DNA of 63,997 nucleotides, the filler included, from Choristocarpus tenellus KU-1152 (lineage: Eukaryota > Protista > Phaeophyceae): assembly GCA_964200185.2 (NCBI GenBank). It is 8 parts of 8 records of this genome, joined end to end, with 100 filler letters (N's around TTAATTAATTAA, not from the genome) between each part and the next. Parts side by side here need not be neighbours in the genome. Positions count along the whole stretch, not along the records: positions 33,389 to 48,716 come from CAXNAD020001016.1; positions 48,817 to 54,123 come from CAXNAD020011206.1; 6 more parts are not named here. One strand, written 5' to 3'. Of the stretch, positions 37,301-51,379 are shown one piece after another (the first letter of the stretch is position 1; the number at the start of each line of letters is the position of its first letter). The notes beneath the pieces are model-generated. The model saw nothing but the letters and a program-made list of their open reading frames with translations, did not search any database and had not been told where the DNA came from. The position numbers and the translations under genes are program-made.

Positions 37301-40300
37301 AAGGAAATTCACCAGACACTCACAAGGATGTCATACAAAAAGGGAACAACTTCCAAACTTGGCCATCTCCACCACAGCCTTCGTCCTTTGCCAAGTCAAG
37401 ACACTTCCCAGAAAAGCAACTCGAACAAACCGTCCACAAAAAAAATGGATACCAACCTCAACCTCAACACCTTCCAAAAACACTTCTTGACTTGGAACCC
37501 TAACCCTACCCTAAACACGTCACACAATACCCCTAAAGCAGATTAACTCTCTCAACTGACCTGTTTCCACGCGACGGAGGCGTGAAGGACAGTCATCTCC
37601 CTTCGAAAATCCAGAGTGAACAGGTCGAGATGCTTTCCTGACCCAAACACTGCCCTTGACTCTGCCGCATGGGAACCCAAGGACCGAACCTATTGCACAT
37701 TCAAATTCAAATTCAAATTCAAATTCAAATTCAAATTCAAGTAGCAACAGTATTTACTGTTTACTATTTACAACTAAAGATTTACAGGTATTCTGATTAG
37801 GTGTTCGTCTCCTCTTTATACACAACTGTTTTACATGTGCATTTTTGATTTGCTGTTTATTTACTTTTTTATTACAACTTAAAAAAAGTTAACACATATT
37901 TTGATCGGTTGTAACGGCACTTGTAACGGCGCTCGGAGGCATGCAAAAACAAGCGCAAGAAGATCTCGTAACCGTCCCGATGCACAGATAGATGTCTGTC
38001 TGCACATGTGGACAAGAGACACCAGTTCCAACAGTGACTGCACTGAACACCTACAACTGTTCTTTCTTCAACGAGGCCATGGTGTTGGAGGGCGAACTCA
38101 ACGGATCCAAGGCCTCCCAAGGTCTACTCAGCACACAACTAATAATGATAATAATAAATAATCTTAGTATTTAAGTGTTTGAGTACATACTGCATATACA
38201 GTGGTTAAGAAATAAGCACTGTACACGAACATTAGCACACAACTCTAGGAAAAAAAAAAAAAAGAGGTGTATCATAGGAAGCGGTGTGAGATGATTGCAC
38301 AGACCTCAGCTGCTCTCCATTACAAAAATCGTGACTATGCTCAACAAGATTCAAAGCAGTTCACCTTCAATAAAAATTCAACACTATCAATTAAAATATG
38401 TGGGTATGTATGGGTAATGTAGTAAAAATTGTGATCTTCCTTGACATGTTCAAGATCAGAAGTGATATATTCATTGGAAATGGCTAAGGTCTGCACTACC
38501 ATATTTTCCCCATTAATCAATATTCAACTGTTGTTGTCCAAGATTTACAAGTCCCCGATAATGTAACACCCGGCCACAACCATAACACGGGCAGCATGTG
38601 AAATTACTGTAGGTGCAGAGCAAGACAAGCAAAAATAACCAAACAAAGACAAACAAGAGGAGGGGGTTAAAGGGTGACAAACAATACTATATACAGTTGA
38701 TGCGACAACCATGCCTTTGATAGCACACTTGAGTTTCAAGGATTATTGTTTTATGTTGTTTGCATAACCTCTCAGGCATGGAGTGTCCCATACCCTTTGA
38801 GAATCTAAGGGCGTAGGGATATGGAATAACCTGCAATGAGAGAAGCAAAGATGCTCATTAAGTAATAGAATACCTTCTTACATATACACATACATATCTG
38901 TTGCTCGTCAGGATTCTAGTGCCAGCTATCTGTGGGAGGTGTACTACTACCAACCTCTAGCTGGAAAGCACGCAAATAGAGATCCATCTTTAAAATACAT
39001 CACTATGGTTTTGATATGCCTTCATTTCAAAGGCACTTTCCTTTTAATAATGACTATGGAGATTCGATTCACATCCACCTACACAGCTAGATCATCAAGA
39101 TCAGGACAGTACACCAGAACCCTGATAACGATCATTGATCCATTCTGGAATTGCTAAGGGCAAGATGGGGTGTTGAGGAGAAAATATTGTAGAAGATTCA
39201 GACTATCCTCTGCTTCTTACAAGTTAGGTCAATCAAATGCTGCATGAGGGCGAAGGAACCTTTGCTTGTCCAGCCCCTACCCTGTCAGGTTGTCTTGAAT
39301 TTGCTATTAATCCTGATCAGACTTCATCTATTGGCACATTGCATTAGAAGAACAAGCGTTTATGCACTAGTACACGCATATTCGTCTCTACCACTACCAA
39401 TGGGACCAGCTAAATGGAGAAAAGAATGCAACGACAAAAGAATAAGTCAAGCACACACACACCTGCTTGTAACTTCCGAGGTGGCCAGGAACAAAGAGAA
39501 CAGGGGTGCCACGCGGCTTAAGGGGCTCTTTTCGTTCCTTGGGCGCTTTCCCGTCCACATAGCGGAAAAGTCGATACTGTGAGTCTGCTCGGCTTCCAAG
39601 GGAAGTTGAATCCATATCCTCCATGAAGCTGTCCAGAACTCTCACCGGGACGTCAAAATACTTGGGGTTGGAATACGTCATCTCACAAAAAGAGGATCTC
39701 TGTCGTACAGCCGAGGATCGGTAACTCACTCCAATCGCCATCAGCAACACAGCCGGAACAAGTACAGCAAATATGTGAAACCAAGATGCTCCCTACTCAA
39801 CCGGTGTGTCACGAGCGTTCATCGCCGGGATTTGGAGGGTGTAACGGAGGTGGGGGCATCCGGACAAGAATCTGAAGTTATTCACAGTCTAGTTTGAGAA
39901 ATGCAGGATATGTGCACACGTTGAGACAATATGGGCTAGACCTACCTTTCACATTGGCCTCTGTTGGTTCTGTCTATAGATGCGACCACCTTGGTGAGGG
40001 AGAGTTATCTACACCTCTCCCCTTGGGGAATGCCATAGCTAAACGCGCGTATGTGGCGAATACAATCGCCTGGGAGTCCAGACGTTCGGATGGAAATCTG
40101 GTAGAGGAAATCGCAACTACCGTAGATCACTAAGTGGTTGATGGTACAGTGCTTGCACCTGACTCACCTCTAAGTTGTTATCATTGCTGTGATCCATGCC
40201 CCTAGACTTCCCTTTTTTCTTTCCACTTTTTTCCTTGGATCCTTTGACCCTCCGCTTCCGCCTGAATTCGCTCTTGACAGCCTCAACACCCTCTCCATCA

Positions 40301-40326
40301 GCCCCAACCTCCTCCAAGATAGCCAT
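34340..40326 (-). CDS. PGAP1: GPI inositol-deacylase PGAP1/Bst1 family alpha/beta hydrolase, 3' partial; at least 6 exons
   Basis: Exons 40326-40168, 39792-39463, 37689-37561, 36860-36751, 35525-35418, 34684-~34340. Product has an N-terminal TM helix, then CEMTYSNPKY, YRLFRY, GTPVLFVPGHLGSYKQ|VRSLGS, LDLFTLDF, Q|AEFLNHAIRAVLKLY, VIVVGHSYGGLIAR (nucleophile elbow), IVTLGSPH and F.SYLDKFW. Phases are consistent. Exon 1 and the last donor are less certain. Confidence 0.9.
36023..36171. repeat. Minisatellite, ~29-bp unit ACATCAAGAAGTTAATCATTCTTCTATG(C/T) x5, in a PGAP1 intron
   Basis: Five slightly variant tandem copies with no spacers. Confidence 0.9.
37698..37740. repeat. (ATTCAA)7 microsatellite just upstream of the PGAP1 exon-3 acceptor
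   Basis: Direct reading. Confidence 0.9.
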
Positions 40327-40649
40327 ACCAACCTTCTTTCTTGAAAGAAAACTGCAGCCAACGCAATTCAGCGTGAGCTTCAGTTTTGTGATATTGAACA
40401 CTCAAGAGCTAGTGTTGCACCATTCTGTCCCCTACCCAAGCCACGTCGTGCACACTCTGTGAACTTCCTTCTATGCTTCTCCACAATCTAGGACAACCTG
40501 GTGCACGTAGTTATTTCTGGCGCGATTCGTGCGCCAAATTCTTTTACAATACTAACTCATTCACAACACACAAATATGACTACACATTACAACGAGAAGT
40601 GAAACACAATTTTTGTCCTTATTATGTAACGCAATATAATATTACTGTC

Positions 40650-43550
40650 AGACACTCGTGAATAATTCTTGAAAACATGTTTTTTGAGGAATTATTAGTG
40701 TCATTTCTTTGGAGGAAGTGGTGCTCGCCTATCAGATTGTCGTACCAACCCACTATATGGGTATATTCCTCGTCTGTATTGAACCATGACAGGGTTGTGC
40801 TTGATGAATTGGTGGCATTAAACCTTGTTGACAGTTAACGGGCAACTCACAAGGTCACCAGAGCTTGCATTGTAGTAGGTGTACTCACTCCTCTTTATGA
40901 ATTATTAAAAACTCCAGTATTGATGGGTGTCTTCTTGAATGCTGACGAATCGCTTGAGGAATTTATTAGCAGGTTCCTATTGTATGATACTGTTGAATTG
41001 TATGTGATGGGACTGATCAGAGAGAGAGAGAGAGAGGGAGAGAGGAATCAAAAACTCAGTCACCATCCCACAATATATATAGAGGTATCTTCTTCTCCAG
41101 GAACATTGAGCGTGTGGGATAGTGACTGACTTTTGGATTCCTCGTAGATCTTCTCGTATTAAAAGGGAGTCAGCCCTCATTTTTTCCATCGTTTTTTTTG
41201 GCACGTTATTGACTGATCAATTGATCATTTTCACTTTAGAGTGTTGTAAAGTGAAGAATGATGTTGGGTAAAATTTAGGCGCTTTATTTAGAGGGCAAAT
41301 TCACCACATGATCCAAACGTATTCCTGGTTCCCTCAATCAAACGGTTGGTTCTCCCAGACTGAGTGGAGGTGCCCACGTGCATAGTATCTTACCCCCTCA
41401 TTTCAAACGACTGTTGTGAAGATAACACTAATGACATAAAAACTACTACAATACTATCCAACCAAACCAATTGAGAGGTAGGCAGGTTTGGACCATTTTG
41501 CATTCTAAGTCATCTTCCTTACCTCGTGCAATACTCTATTTTATTGCTTTAGATATACTACAGTGTATGCAAAGTTGATATTCCCCCTCTTCACCTACAA
41601 AGTGACACCACAATTGAGCCAAGACTCTTTCTGCAATTGTACAAATTAGCATGTTTTGGTCCTTTCTTGGGACCCTTAAAATGCAGCCGTGCGTACCTCT
41701 CAATCCGTTTGACTCATTGAATATTCTATGCATGTAATACAACAGTATAACTGACACCATTCTATCAAAAGATATTCAAAGAGGGTGACTTTTATGGTGT
41801 TTGGCAGGCCCAGACCTATAATGCTTTCCTTCAGTTTAGAATTCGTTTATAGCCAATTTGAAGGTCATATACACAACAATATGTTTATACCTTACCTTGG
41901 AGGCATCATCAGCGAGTGACGAACCTATGCATATATACCATCATCACCGCCGAGATAACCCTTATCAGCATACACAATGTAAGCCTAGCACTAGCTATTG
42001 CGTAACGTCGTTCAAACATTAAATACTCACTTTTTTCTTCTGAGTACCCCAAACCACTCCCTCTCCGAGTTAAACAGAATTTACAAAGGTAGATCCAAGC
42101 ATTGAGTCTTGAGTATGGGTACAGCTAGACCTTGCATCTACATCTATCCCGACAACGTCTTCTCCATTGCAACTACCCTGGCACCAGCTCACATCCCAAA
42201 GGAACATCATCCCGTCCATCCTGACTTGGTGTCGCCTGTTCTGTGCAAGAAGCGGTCATCAAGTAATGGGGCTTGAGCAATCCCCCCTTTACGGATCTTG
42301 AAGAAAGGGCAAGGTAGAGTGAGGTTTACCTCCATTCCCCACGAAGCTCATCAAGCAAAAATGATGTTAATTTCACCTCCAAGCTTTTCTGGAGCAAAAG
42401 GATTGCGAATGAATAGCATAACCAGTAGCAACAAATATTCCATACGATCTTGAGTATTATCTACAATATGCTGGTTGAGGGTGAGAATGAGTGGATACTG
42501 CTGTTGGAGGGTGGCTAGATTATAGGGACATATAAACATTTACTCTGGTTAACAGTATACAGTAGGCAGTTTACAGACACCGCCTAAGGGTTTGAAGGCA
42601 GGTATGTTCAGTAGATAAGTATTCATCATATACTTCGAAGTACTGTGGTACTATTATCAGTAGAAACTTTAGATATACGCTCCTCATTGGTGGTGGTAGG
42701 TACAGAGTTGGGAAGAGATTCCTAGAGTTTAAATGAGTCGGAATTGTTGTCATGGTGCCTTGAGGTGCTAATCATTAAGGCCAACCATGTGTTAGTCACA
42801 TCTGTAACTGAGCGTGTGGGGTTCTGGTCTCTTTGGATAAAATAACCCTGAGCCCTGGCCTTGAAGACTCCAGTTAGGGCATTGTCAGCTGATCCAATTC
42901 CGATACACTAAGATTCTAGTTCTCGTGATATAAAATGGAAAACACGAAACCTCATAGGAAGGATTCGAAAAAAAAAACTTGAAATACTTTTTTCCACGCT
43001 ACCGAATATTCATATTAAAAAATTAGAGATGGCCTGCAGTGCAGAAGAGGAGCCTTTCTTGGCAGCACCATAGCAAGTATATAACCCCAGTAGCTCTTAC
43101 TGTACTACCCCGCAGCATGTAATTACACAACCAGCTTATGGCCCACCATGTGACATCAGTGATATGTTACCATTAGATCAACCATGAGGAGAGCTCTACA
43201 TGATGCCAGTTGATACAACGTATTTAATCCTCTATCAGAAAAGTATAGCAGACTCTGTACGACCATCCCATCTTCTGGTGAATACTCCCCCAAGCACATA
43301 ACACGTGTGGTGCATGGATAAATCGAGTCACTCACAAGATAAACCTAGGGATTGTGCAAGACTCCAAAAACAACATCTGCGTCGCTCAAACTTGAGGACA
43401 AGTTCTATCAAGTGCCCGAGTTTCATTGTTGGTAAAACTCAGTTTGCTGTACTTCACGTGATGAAGGGGAGAAGAAAAATGCGGTTGGGGGTAGAGGAGA
43501 CGCTTTGTTTGGATGGTTGTAGCTGTTGCTAGATTCCCCCTCCCTTTGTA
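40650..43550 (-). mobile_element. Degenerate Ty1/Copia-like retrotransposon remnant (RT and RNase H traces)
   Basis: Minus-strand traces: PTHLNSRNLFPTLYLPPP (~42700; cf. TAFLN..L...VY...P), YADKGYLGGD (~41960; cf. Y.DADWAGD) and KHNPVM...RNIPI (~40780; cf. NPV.H.RTKHI). Heavily decayed; boundaries approximate. Confidence 0.45.
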
Positions 43551-44388
43551 TTTTCGTATCAACTCCCGATCACATGTTTTGCGCCACAATAGTTGAGAAG
43601 TTGTACTAGTCGCGAGACCCCCCCCCCCAGGTACAAACTATATTTCTTGTTCATATCTTTTGCATAGCAATTTGGTGACGGAGGAAAGATAGCTGTAGGT
43701 GGGGGGAGAGTGAATGCTGTGTGCGAATTGTTGTAACTGTTGACAACCCCCTGTCCCCCCTTCCCCAAATATGTTGTGTGCTCTGCTCACATATCTTGAT
43801 CTTGCGGAGGTTCGTTGTAGGTGTTCCAAGTACGCCGTATATTTTCGTTGTGAGTTGGACAAGAGATTAAGGATTTGAAGGTTCTCTAAATGTGAACCAG
43901 CTGTGCAGGCCTTGAGGAAAAAGTTCTTGGGGTAAATCAGAAAGGACAGCATGCATGTGGTTAATGTCGAGTGCAACGAGAGAGATTAATGGGATCCCAT
44001 ATTGTACTCCATATGTGAGACTGTCCAATACACAGTAGTGCATGTTTTCTCACTTGAACAAGCTAGAAGGACCACCAAAGAGATTTCTTTGAAGACTAAA
44101 GTGTGGACAAAGGTTCGCCTAATGACAGGCCCCATTTGCAGTAAATAGAACAGTGGGGTGTATTTTATAGTACCTTTCTCGATATCTCCCGAATTCTCTA
44201 TCACATGTCCAAAAATCGGAAAAACATATTCAATGAGACACAACGTTAGGAGGAGAATTAATGTAGGCGAATGGTTCTAAATTTTGTGGGAGTTCTCCAC
44301 ACACACACACACACACACACGCACGCACAATAGGTTCAGGGTTCAAATATTTGTCATTATTCGTTGTAGGTGTTAGAATGAAGACAGT

Positions 44389-44642
44389 GAATCAAAGTAA
44401 ACGAGAAACACTCAGATTTGATTTTTAAGGGTACTGCAAATATATGCAAAATTCAGCTTTTTGTAAAAATGAGTATAGAAAAATTTCTGAATGATGTCAC
44501 AAACTTTCAAACAAAGAAATCAGTGCTATAAATTCAAACTTAGTACTCCATCCATCGAAATATGGAGGAATCTCAATAGATTGAAAACAGGCTTTAGATG
44601 AAAAACGGTCAAAATCTGGGTATCTCTCGTTTACTTTGGCTC
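44389..44642 (-). mobile_element. MITE family C (~255 bp); a second diverged copy is at 10879-11138
   Basis: TIRs GAATCAAAGTAAACGAG / CTCGTTTACTTTGGCTC. The reverse complement aligns by eye along 10879-11138 (shared ATGGATG.AGT.CTAAGTTTGA). Confidence 0.75.
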
Positions 44643-47436
44643 AGCGTTAGATAGGGATGTAAGTGATACTGGAGGTAGATAGTTCTAACGGTCGATGGAG
44701 CCCCTCAGACGCCCCCCAAAATTTAATCCTGTTTCTCATTCATGGACATTGTGGAAACTTGTTATAGGTGGTAGCAGCAGCAGGAGGATTGCTCAAGGCC
44801 GTTTGTTGCATTAATAGTCACTCCTTGTAGGTGGTTTTGGAATATGCAGATCTAGGTGTGGATGAGAGAGATGCTGTGTGGTGATAGTAGTAACCCCCTC
44901 CCTCCCCCCCCCGTGCTCAACTCGCTCAAATTCTTGTCAGGGTTGAAATCTCTGCCGTAACTCTTTCTACAGTACTTCGTAGGTTATAGAAGGAAGAGAG
45001 ATTTCGGTGGGGGTGGAAGTCATGATGTTGTAACTGTCACTAGTGCGCCACTCCCCTCCCCCCCCAAGAAAATCTCGTTCACATATTTTCTTGCAATTAC
45101 AGCTATGTTGCCAGTGCATCTACACAGCACCTAATCTTGAAGTCGTACTCCATAATTATGTCGCTATTACTGACACATAACAAGCGTGTATACTAAGCAG
45201 TGTTACTACAGGCGAAGAGCACGACTATTTCTTCTCACGTTCTAACAAGCGCAAGCAGTATACACATGTGGGGAACCTTATAAAGAGGAACTACGATTTG
45301 CTAAAGGTTGCAGAGTAAAGATCAGTACCTTGGGAATGTCGCAACGGTTTTCAGATGTATTCCAACTTCTGTTAACCAAAACAAAATAAACAGCACAGGT
45401 GTGATAATAAAGATAAATATAGAGTGCCGCTTTATAAACTCTACAAACAGGCCTCTAAGCACTCTTTCCTTTGATGCTAATTACCCATTGACGTTCAAAA
45501 ATGAGAAGTACCCATTCGACTAACCAGATGTGTGATTGACTCCTCTGAAGTGTTGAAACATCCTTAGAGGCCCGTGCGAGCATCAGCATTTTCTATAGGC
45601 TTGTGGATTGGAGCTATACATCCTGTGGAGGTAAGCTTCTGGAGTGTGCTGTAACAGTAGAACTATTGTTGGAGGTGGGACTCCAACAACAGTGTTGTAT
45701 GTCTGTCGTTGAACCACAGCAGTACTCCCCGCTTCCTCCTTTCCTTGCCATAATGATAAATGTTGAAGCATGCACGTCTGGTAAAAAATACTTAAATTAT
45801 GCATATTGTACACATCTGTGTTGGCCATGCCCCAAAATGTCCTAGCTATATTGTCTTTGGTGTGTGTGTTGTCTTAGTAGGCAGGCACGGCGTACTTTCA
45901 CCTAGAAATATTCTTCCTGTGGTATTTTTGTGTATAGAAATATGTGTGTCGCATGCATAATCACATATTGTGATAAATATATATATATGCGCGCACAAAA
46001 AGAAAATTATTTTGTGAGTCCTCCTACTTACAGTAAGTAACCCTTGATGATTGCCTGCCCGCCATTAAAGACCACTATTGATACAGCAGCAACCAACAAT
46101 GTCATAGCTTCCTAGAGAATGATCTCATCAAGCCCTGCGCTGATGTCAATACAAGGCCTGTCCTTCATGGATGGCTGGCCATTATTGGGGTGCCAGAGAG
46201 GGTGGTTCCCTCTTCTTCTCGACAATAATTGGAATTTGAGTGCTGTGACTATTCACTACCATGCCTACCCCTGCATTAAATTCACAATTTCACCCTTCAT
46301 ACGTACACATGGATATGAAATCGGGTCTGCTCAAGCACAGGCAGGCGTATATACAACAACCTAGCCATTGATGGGCAAGCTTCTCTGTTGGGCAACATCA
46401 GCAAGCGACTGTCAGTCAAGACAAGAGCACATGGACAAACTGGCTTTCACCTTCACCACCAGCCTGCTTGAAGCCGAATCGGAACTTTCTCAGACAGTGT
46501 AAACTGCTCAGTGACAGGAGTAAGAACTTCATCCTTACATGACATGATGACAGGGTTACACTCAAATCACTGGAGATTTAGTCAACTCACGTATATACAA
46601 ATAGAACAGTAATTTAGGGTCTTTTATGCCTCATACATACATACATACATACATACTGGAGGTTCACAATTAATCTCACTAAGAATTTGGCCCCTCTGAA
46701 GCCCTCTAACAATTCATGCGAAGATAGCACTATTGTCATAATACAGCATCTACTGTTAGTACAACAATTTTGAATATTGTATGGAAGGGGCATAAAATAT
46801 AAAGAAAAGGGACTTCAGAACAACTTGCTACCATTATCGATAATACTATTTGGGTAAATATAATCACCTTCGCTTTAGCCTGGGTGGCAACCAGCCTGAC
46901 CAGTTGTCAGAGGCAGCAGCAGAGAGAGCTTCACACTGCACTCTATCGACGACAAACAAACTGCAACTAATTCCACTGCCTCCATGCATGCCCTCCTTCT
47001 TGGTATTTGATTCTGGCATCCCATCACTTGTTGCTCAACAATGGCGCCTTACCATGTTTCAGTTTTCCTGCAACTTGTGTTATAGCTACAGACTGGACAG
47101 TACAAGAAAACAATATGGAGAGCTTGCCATGCGGACTGGATCATCAAGGCTAGGTTTCCCTGAAAAGAAGATCTGGCAAGGACCGGGTTCGAACCAATGC
47201 ATACCTTTACAGAAGTGCTGGCCTTTGACCACTTAGTTGCAAGGATGCCTCCGTTGTGCCCACTTCAGAGAGACAAGGAGTTCGAAAAAAGAAACACAGC
47301 AAATACATGCAAAACCTTAGCTATTGAAAAATTGTTCAGAATGTTTTAAAGATTTGATGGTTTGATCTGAATAGACCTGTGCTCAAAGAGGTAGCACATC
47401 AGCAGCATCGAAAAGGAAGAAAACACATACATGTTT

Positions 47437-47696
47437 GAGCCAAAGTATCTTAGAGGGTAGAGCCGCGTCTATTTGGGAACCAAAATCCAATGTTGCGATT
47501 TTGATGTATTTTTGGCTATCGTGTTTGTTAGGAAGTGCCAATATCCTTGTTGCGGACACACCTTTTCAAATAACTTACACATTTTATCTACTCGGAAATA
47601 TTTGGAGTAGGAAAATGTCATAAAAAAAAACGAGGGAAGTCAAGCCCCAAATGGACAAACAGGGCAAAACTCGTACCCTCTAAGATACCTCCACTC
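47437..47696 (+). mobile_element. MITE family A copy (a partial end is also at ~50073-50119)
   Basis: GAGCCAAAGTATCTTAGAGGGTA...TACCCTCTAAGATACCTCCACTC. Confidence 0.9.
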
Positions 47697-50601
47697 AAAG
47701 TCAACAACAAAAGAAAAAATGATGAAAACTTGAGGCATTTATGTCAAGGATAACTATGGTTCACATCAAATTAATCTTCTTTTTGGCAAAAACTCAAAAG
47801 GCCCCGCAATTATCATACTGTAAGATAGGACGAGTCCTACTGCTATCTTCTAGGTACCACCTACGATGCATTACTACCACAACATATGTAAACAAGAATA
47901 TATTTTTATGTGGGGGGAGTGTGGGGGGACTATGGTGACAGTTACAACTGTCGACATATAGCATCACTTCTATTCTCACCTACAGCTACCTTCTTGCTAC
48001 CCCCGCAGCAAATATTGGATCCTGGCCCTGCTTTTTTGGAGGGGGGAGAGGTAACAACTATCCACACCACACATCATCAATCCTACATGTACTCAGAGCT
48101 GTTTCCTGGGTACCATCAACAATGAGTGACTACAGAGGATATGAACTGCAAACACAACGTATTTGGGTGGGGCAATGGTGGTACTCTGCAGACAGTTGTG
48201 GTCAATAGGCAGCATCACTTCCACCCTTACGTAGAGCTATTTTTCTGCTACTGCATCCACCTAAAACACATTCCTACGGAATAAATGAGTTAGCGACATG
48301 TTTTGGTCTGATGGAAGAGTCCCTGTTGACAGTCTCAATTATTTACCCAAAGGATCAGTCCCACCCTATCTATATCATCTTCCTGCTACAACCTACAACG
48401 AGATACAACAAAAACTTGGGTCCTGACGCTATTTTTGTGTATGTGGGAGTCCATGGACCGTTAGAACTATCCACCACATCAACAAATCTACCCAACCTAT
48501 AGCAGTCTTCCTGCCAAGGCTGGGTGTTTCAGATGGTGTCTTAATGGGTTTTAGATATTTGTAAGTTGTGGACCTGAGGAATGACTTTTGAGAAATCAGA
48601 ATGAAAAAAATAGGGTGACTGATGAAGCCAATGTGCACGGCTTACTCCTACAACAATGATAGTCACTCATTCCAATAAAAATATATGATGGGTCAAAGTA
48701 TCTGGGGGGAGGGGGGNNNNNNNNNNNNNNNNNNNNNNNNNNNNNNNNNNNNNNNNNNNNTTAATTAATTAANNNNNNNNNNNNNNNNNNNNNNNNNNNN
48801 NNNNNNNNNNNNNNNNGTTATTTGGCTGCCACACGTCCGATGGATAATGCAAATACGCTTTTCCCGATTTTGGTCCAAATGGACACCCTCGTGTAGACAC
48901 CCCCCACCCCCCCAGATACTTTGGGTCAAATGCTTTGGGTCTATACAACATATATCCAATCAACCCCTCGCTAAATACTCCAACAATATAGTGCCAATCC
49001 CTTAGTATCTCTTCTCTCACAGTTGGGGTCATCATCCACTGACCTATATATGGAGTAACGAGACAAGGACTATTTACACTTTTTCCGAACGAGGCAGGTC
49101 CTCCATGAAACTCCACCTTGGGATCCATGAGCAAAAAAAGTCTGTGTAAATCCATGTTTCTTCTCCCCTCGATGGATAATTGCAACTGTTACTAAGACAG
49201 ACGCTACCATTTTGTGGTCCTCTATTAGGACTACAGGCACTAGTACAACATACACACACAAGTGTAATGAAAAGAGAGAGGTGGAATGGGATGGCAGGGC
49301 AGCATAATACCATCTGCAAAATATATCACAGAAAGAAATCTCAATGCACAGTAATGCATTTCAACTACACAACACGATAATGTTAAGGTTCTTCTTTTTC
49401 GCTGGAAGAGTGTTGTGCACCCTCCACCACCTGGTTGTGGTCGGCAGTTTAGTTTGATTGACGGAAGGGAACCATGGATGGGTGTGGTAGTTGACACCTG
49501 GCGTGAAATAGGCTTGGCGAACTGAACACAGATGTTATTGGCCTTGAGTTGTGAGGAGTATATATGTGCGCATATGGATGAGAGAGCAATGCATTGGTAT
49601 GTCTTACTTTGAGCTTCACAAGTGACCTACAAGAACCGATTTACACTAGGCACTGGTAAAATAGTGACGCATTATTGGTCAAGTTTGCCCCCCTCATAAA
49701 TGATTAGGGTTAGGGTGCTAATGTCGGAGAATCTCGGGTAGTGGGTCGCAGTACTGCTCTTTCGAAAGATCTCCTGCAGGGTCAATGCTATATATCCTCT
49801 TTCAGTTATGTATGCATTATTGATGTATATATGTACTCGGTACATTATTACAAGGAGAAGGTTTTCAAGACAGTCAATTGTGACAAGCAGCTTACAGGCA
49901 ACTCCTAATCCTTCTACATTTTCTTATAAAAAAATGTGAAGAGTGACGCCATGATATACTATACCGCAAAGTAGTGTGATTGGAGGGGGAATGGAATTCA
50001 AAGGATGGAGATGCATATCCTAATCGACTCAATGCAGGTTTCCCTGGAGTGAAGACACATACAAGTAGGAGAAAGTGATAGTATCTTAGAGGGTACGAGT
50101 TTTGCCCTGTTTGTTCATTATTTTTTCCCGTTGCAGTATCCAGCACTCTGTAGAAGCTGGATGGATTTCGTATGTATGTTGCTGAGAGTCATCCTATCTC
50201 ACAGAGGGGCGTTCTTGAGACTATTTTGAGCATTTTGGGCTTTTTAAAAAACCAAGCACGACATCCTATTCCCATGGTAAAAATTGAGCTACCCTCCCTC
50301 AGGAGGATGTACCTATAGAAGAGAAGACAAACATTAGTCGACATAAGCATGACATCACCATTGGTAGTGCTAGAAGTACATGCACAAAAAGGCAACCACA
50401 AGGGTCCCAAATACTCAACGGCATCCCCCTCTACGATAGGATGGATAACCCTGAATAGTGTATTGAAACATGTGTTGACCAAAGGGGAAATTATAACGCA
50501 GAGACTACCAGTCAAGTCGATGCAGCACTTACTTGCAGATATGCTATTTTCCGAATGACAAGTAATTACTGAGAAGAGATAAACCTGTCACTTGTATCAC
50601 T

Positions 50602-51379
50602 GACCTTGACTGATCTTGATGCGGCCTTGTAGGTTACTTCTCAGGAATACCCTCTCCTCCTTGATAGAGTTTATGATCTCGCTTTTGTGGTCGTTCATGA
50701 GGAATACAAAAAACTTCAACATACTCCTCTGTGGCTGTTACGTTAGTCAGGGGCGAGCCTGACATAAAACGAGTGCTTTGAAGGTATTGCACATTATATG
50801 TTAAATTTATACCGGAGAAGTGTTAGCTGCCCCCCATCGCATCAGAAGTCTGAAGGAACCCTCTTCGCAAAATGGTGTACATACTACTGGCAATCGAAAG
50901 TAGTGTTGTTTATGTTGTCAGCTATGATGAGCTCAATCCTTGGGATGAGATTTCGCATTGCCCACTCACTACGTGATACCTCCTCGAAACATGTATGTTT
51001 TGGGACTCGTACGTTTAATTGAATGTTCTGGACAAAATATGATAATTGACACTTTCGTGATCACTCAACACGTCATCCCGACGATCCCGACGAAGTCCTT
51101 AGTTCAACATTATTAGAGTGACAGGAGCATTAATACCCCCTAGGTCAGTTACCTTAGAGGTAGGTTGCCATCCACAGACCTATCCCATGAGTCACCATAT
51201 ATAGCTCGTCCTTGAGAGTTCCAGGCCTCGTGAACGTTTTTGGAAACGTTTCCATTGGCCATCCGAGCAGTGAGAACCATGCGGTTATGGCGGTGAATTC
51301 GGGCACGTTCTTGTAGTTTCTGAGCCTTTTCCTCCAAGAGTGCCTTGAAACCATGTCGAAAGATGACGGGGACGGACAT
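50602..51379 (-). CDS. Hypothetical protein, divergent from the cyclase (exons 51379-51153 and ~50726-50602; further exons possible)
   Basis: ATG-initiated ORF MSVPVIFRHGFKALLEEKAQKLQERARIHRHNRMVL... ends at an AG|GTAACT donor. A downstream open segment SMLKFFVFLMNDHKSEIINSIKEERVFLRSNLQGRIK fits the phase. No family recognised. Confidence 0.45.

Noticed and set aside
37143-37546. Poly-proline ORFs (formin/extensin-like)
   Set aside because: They are translations of poly-C tracts around an internal N gap within a PGAP1 intron on the opposite strand.
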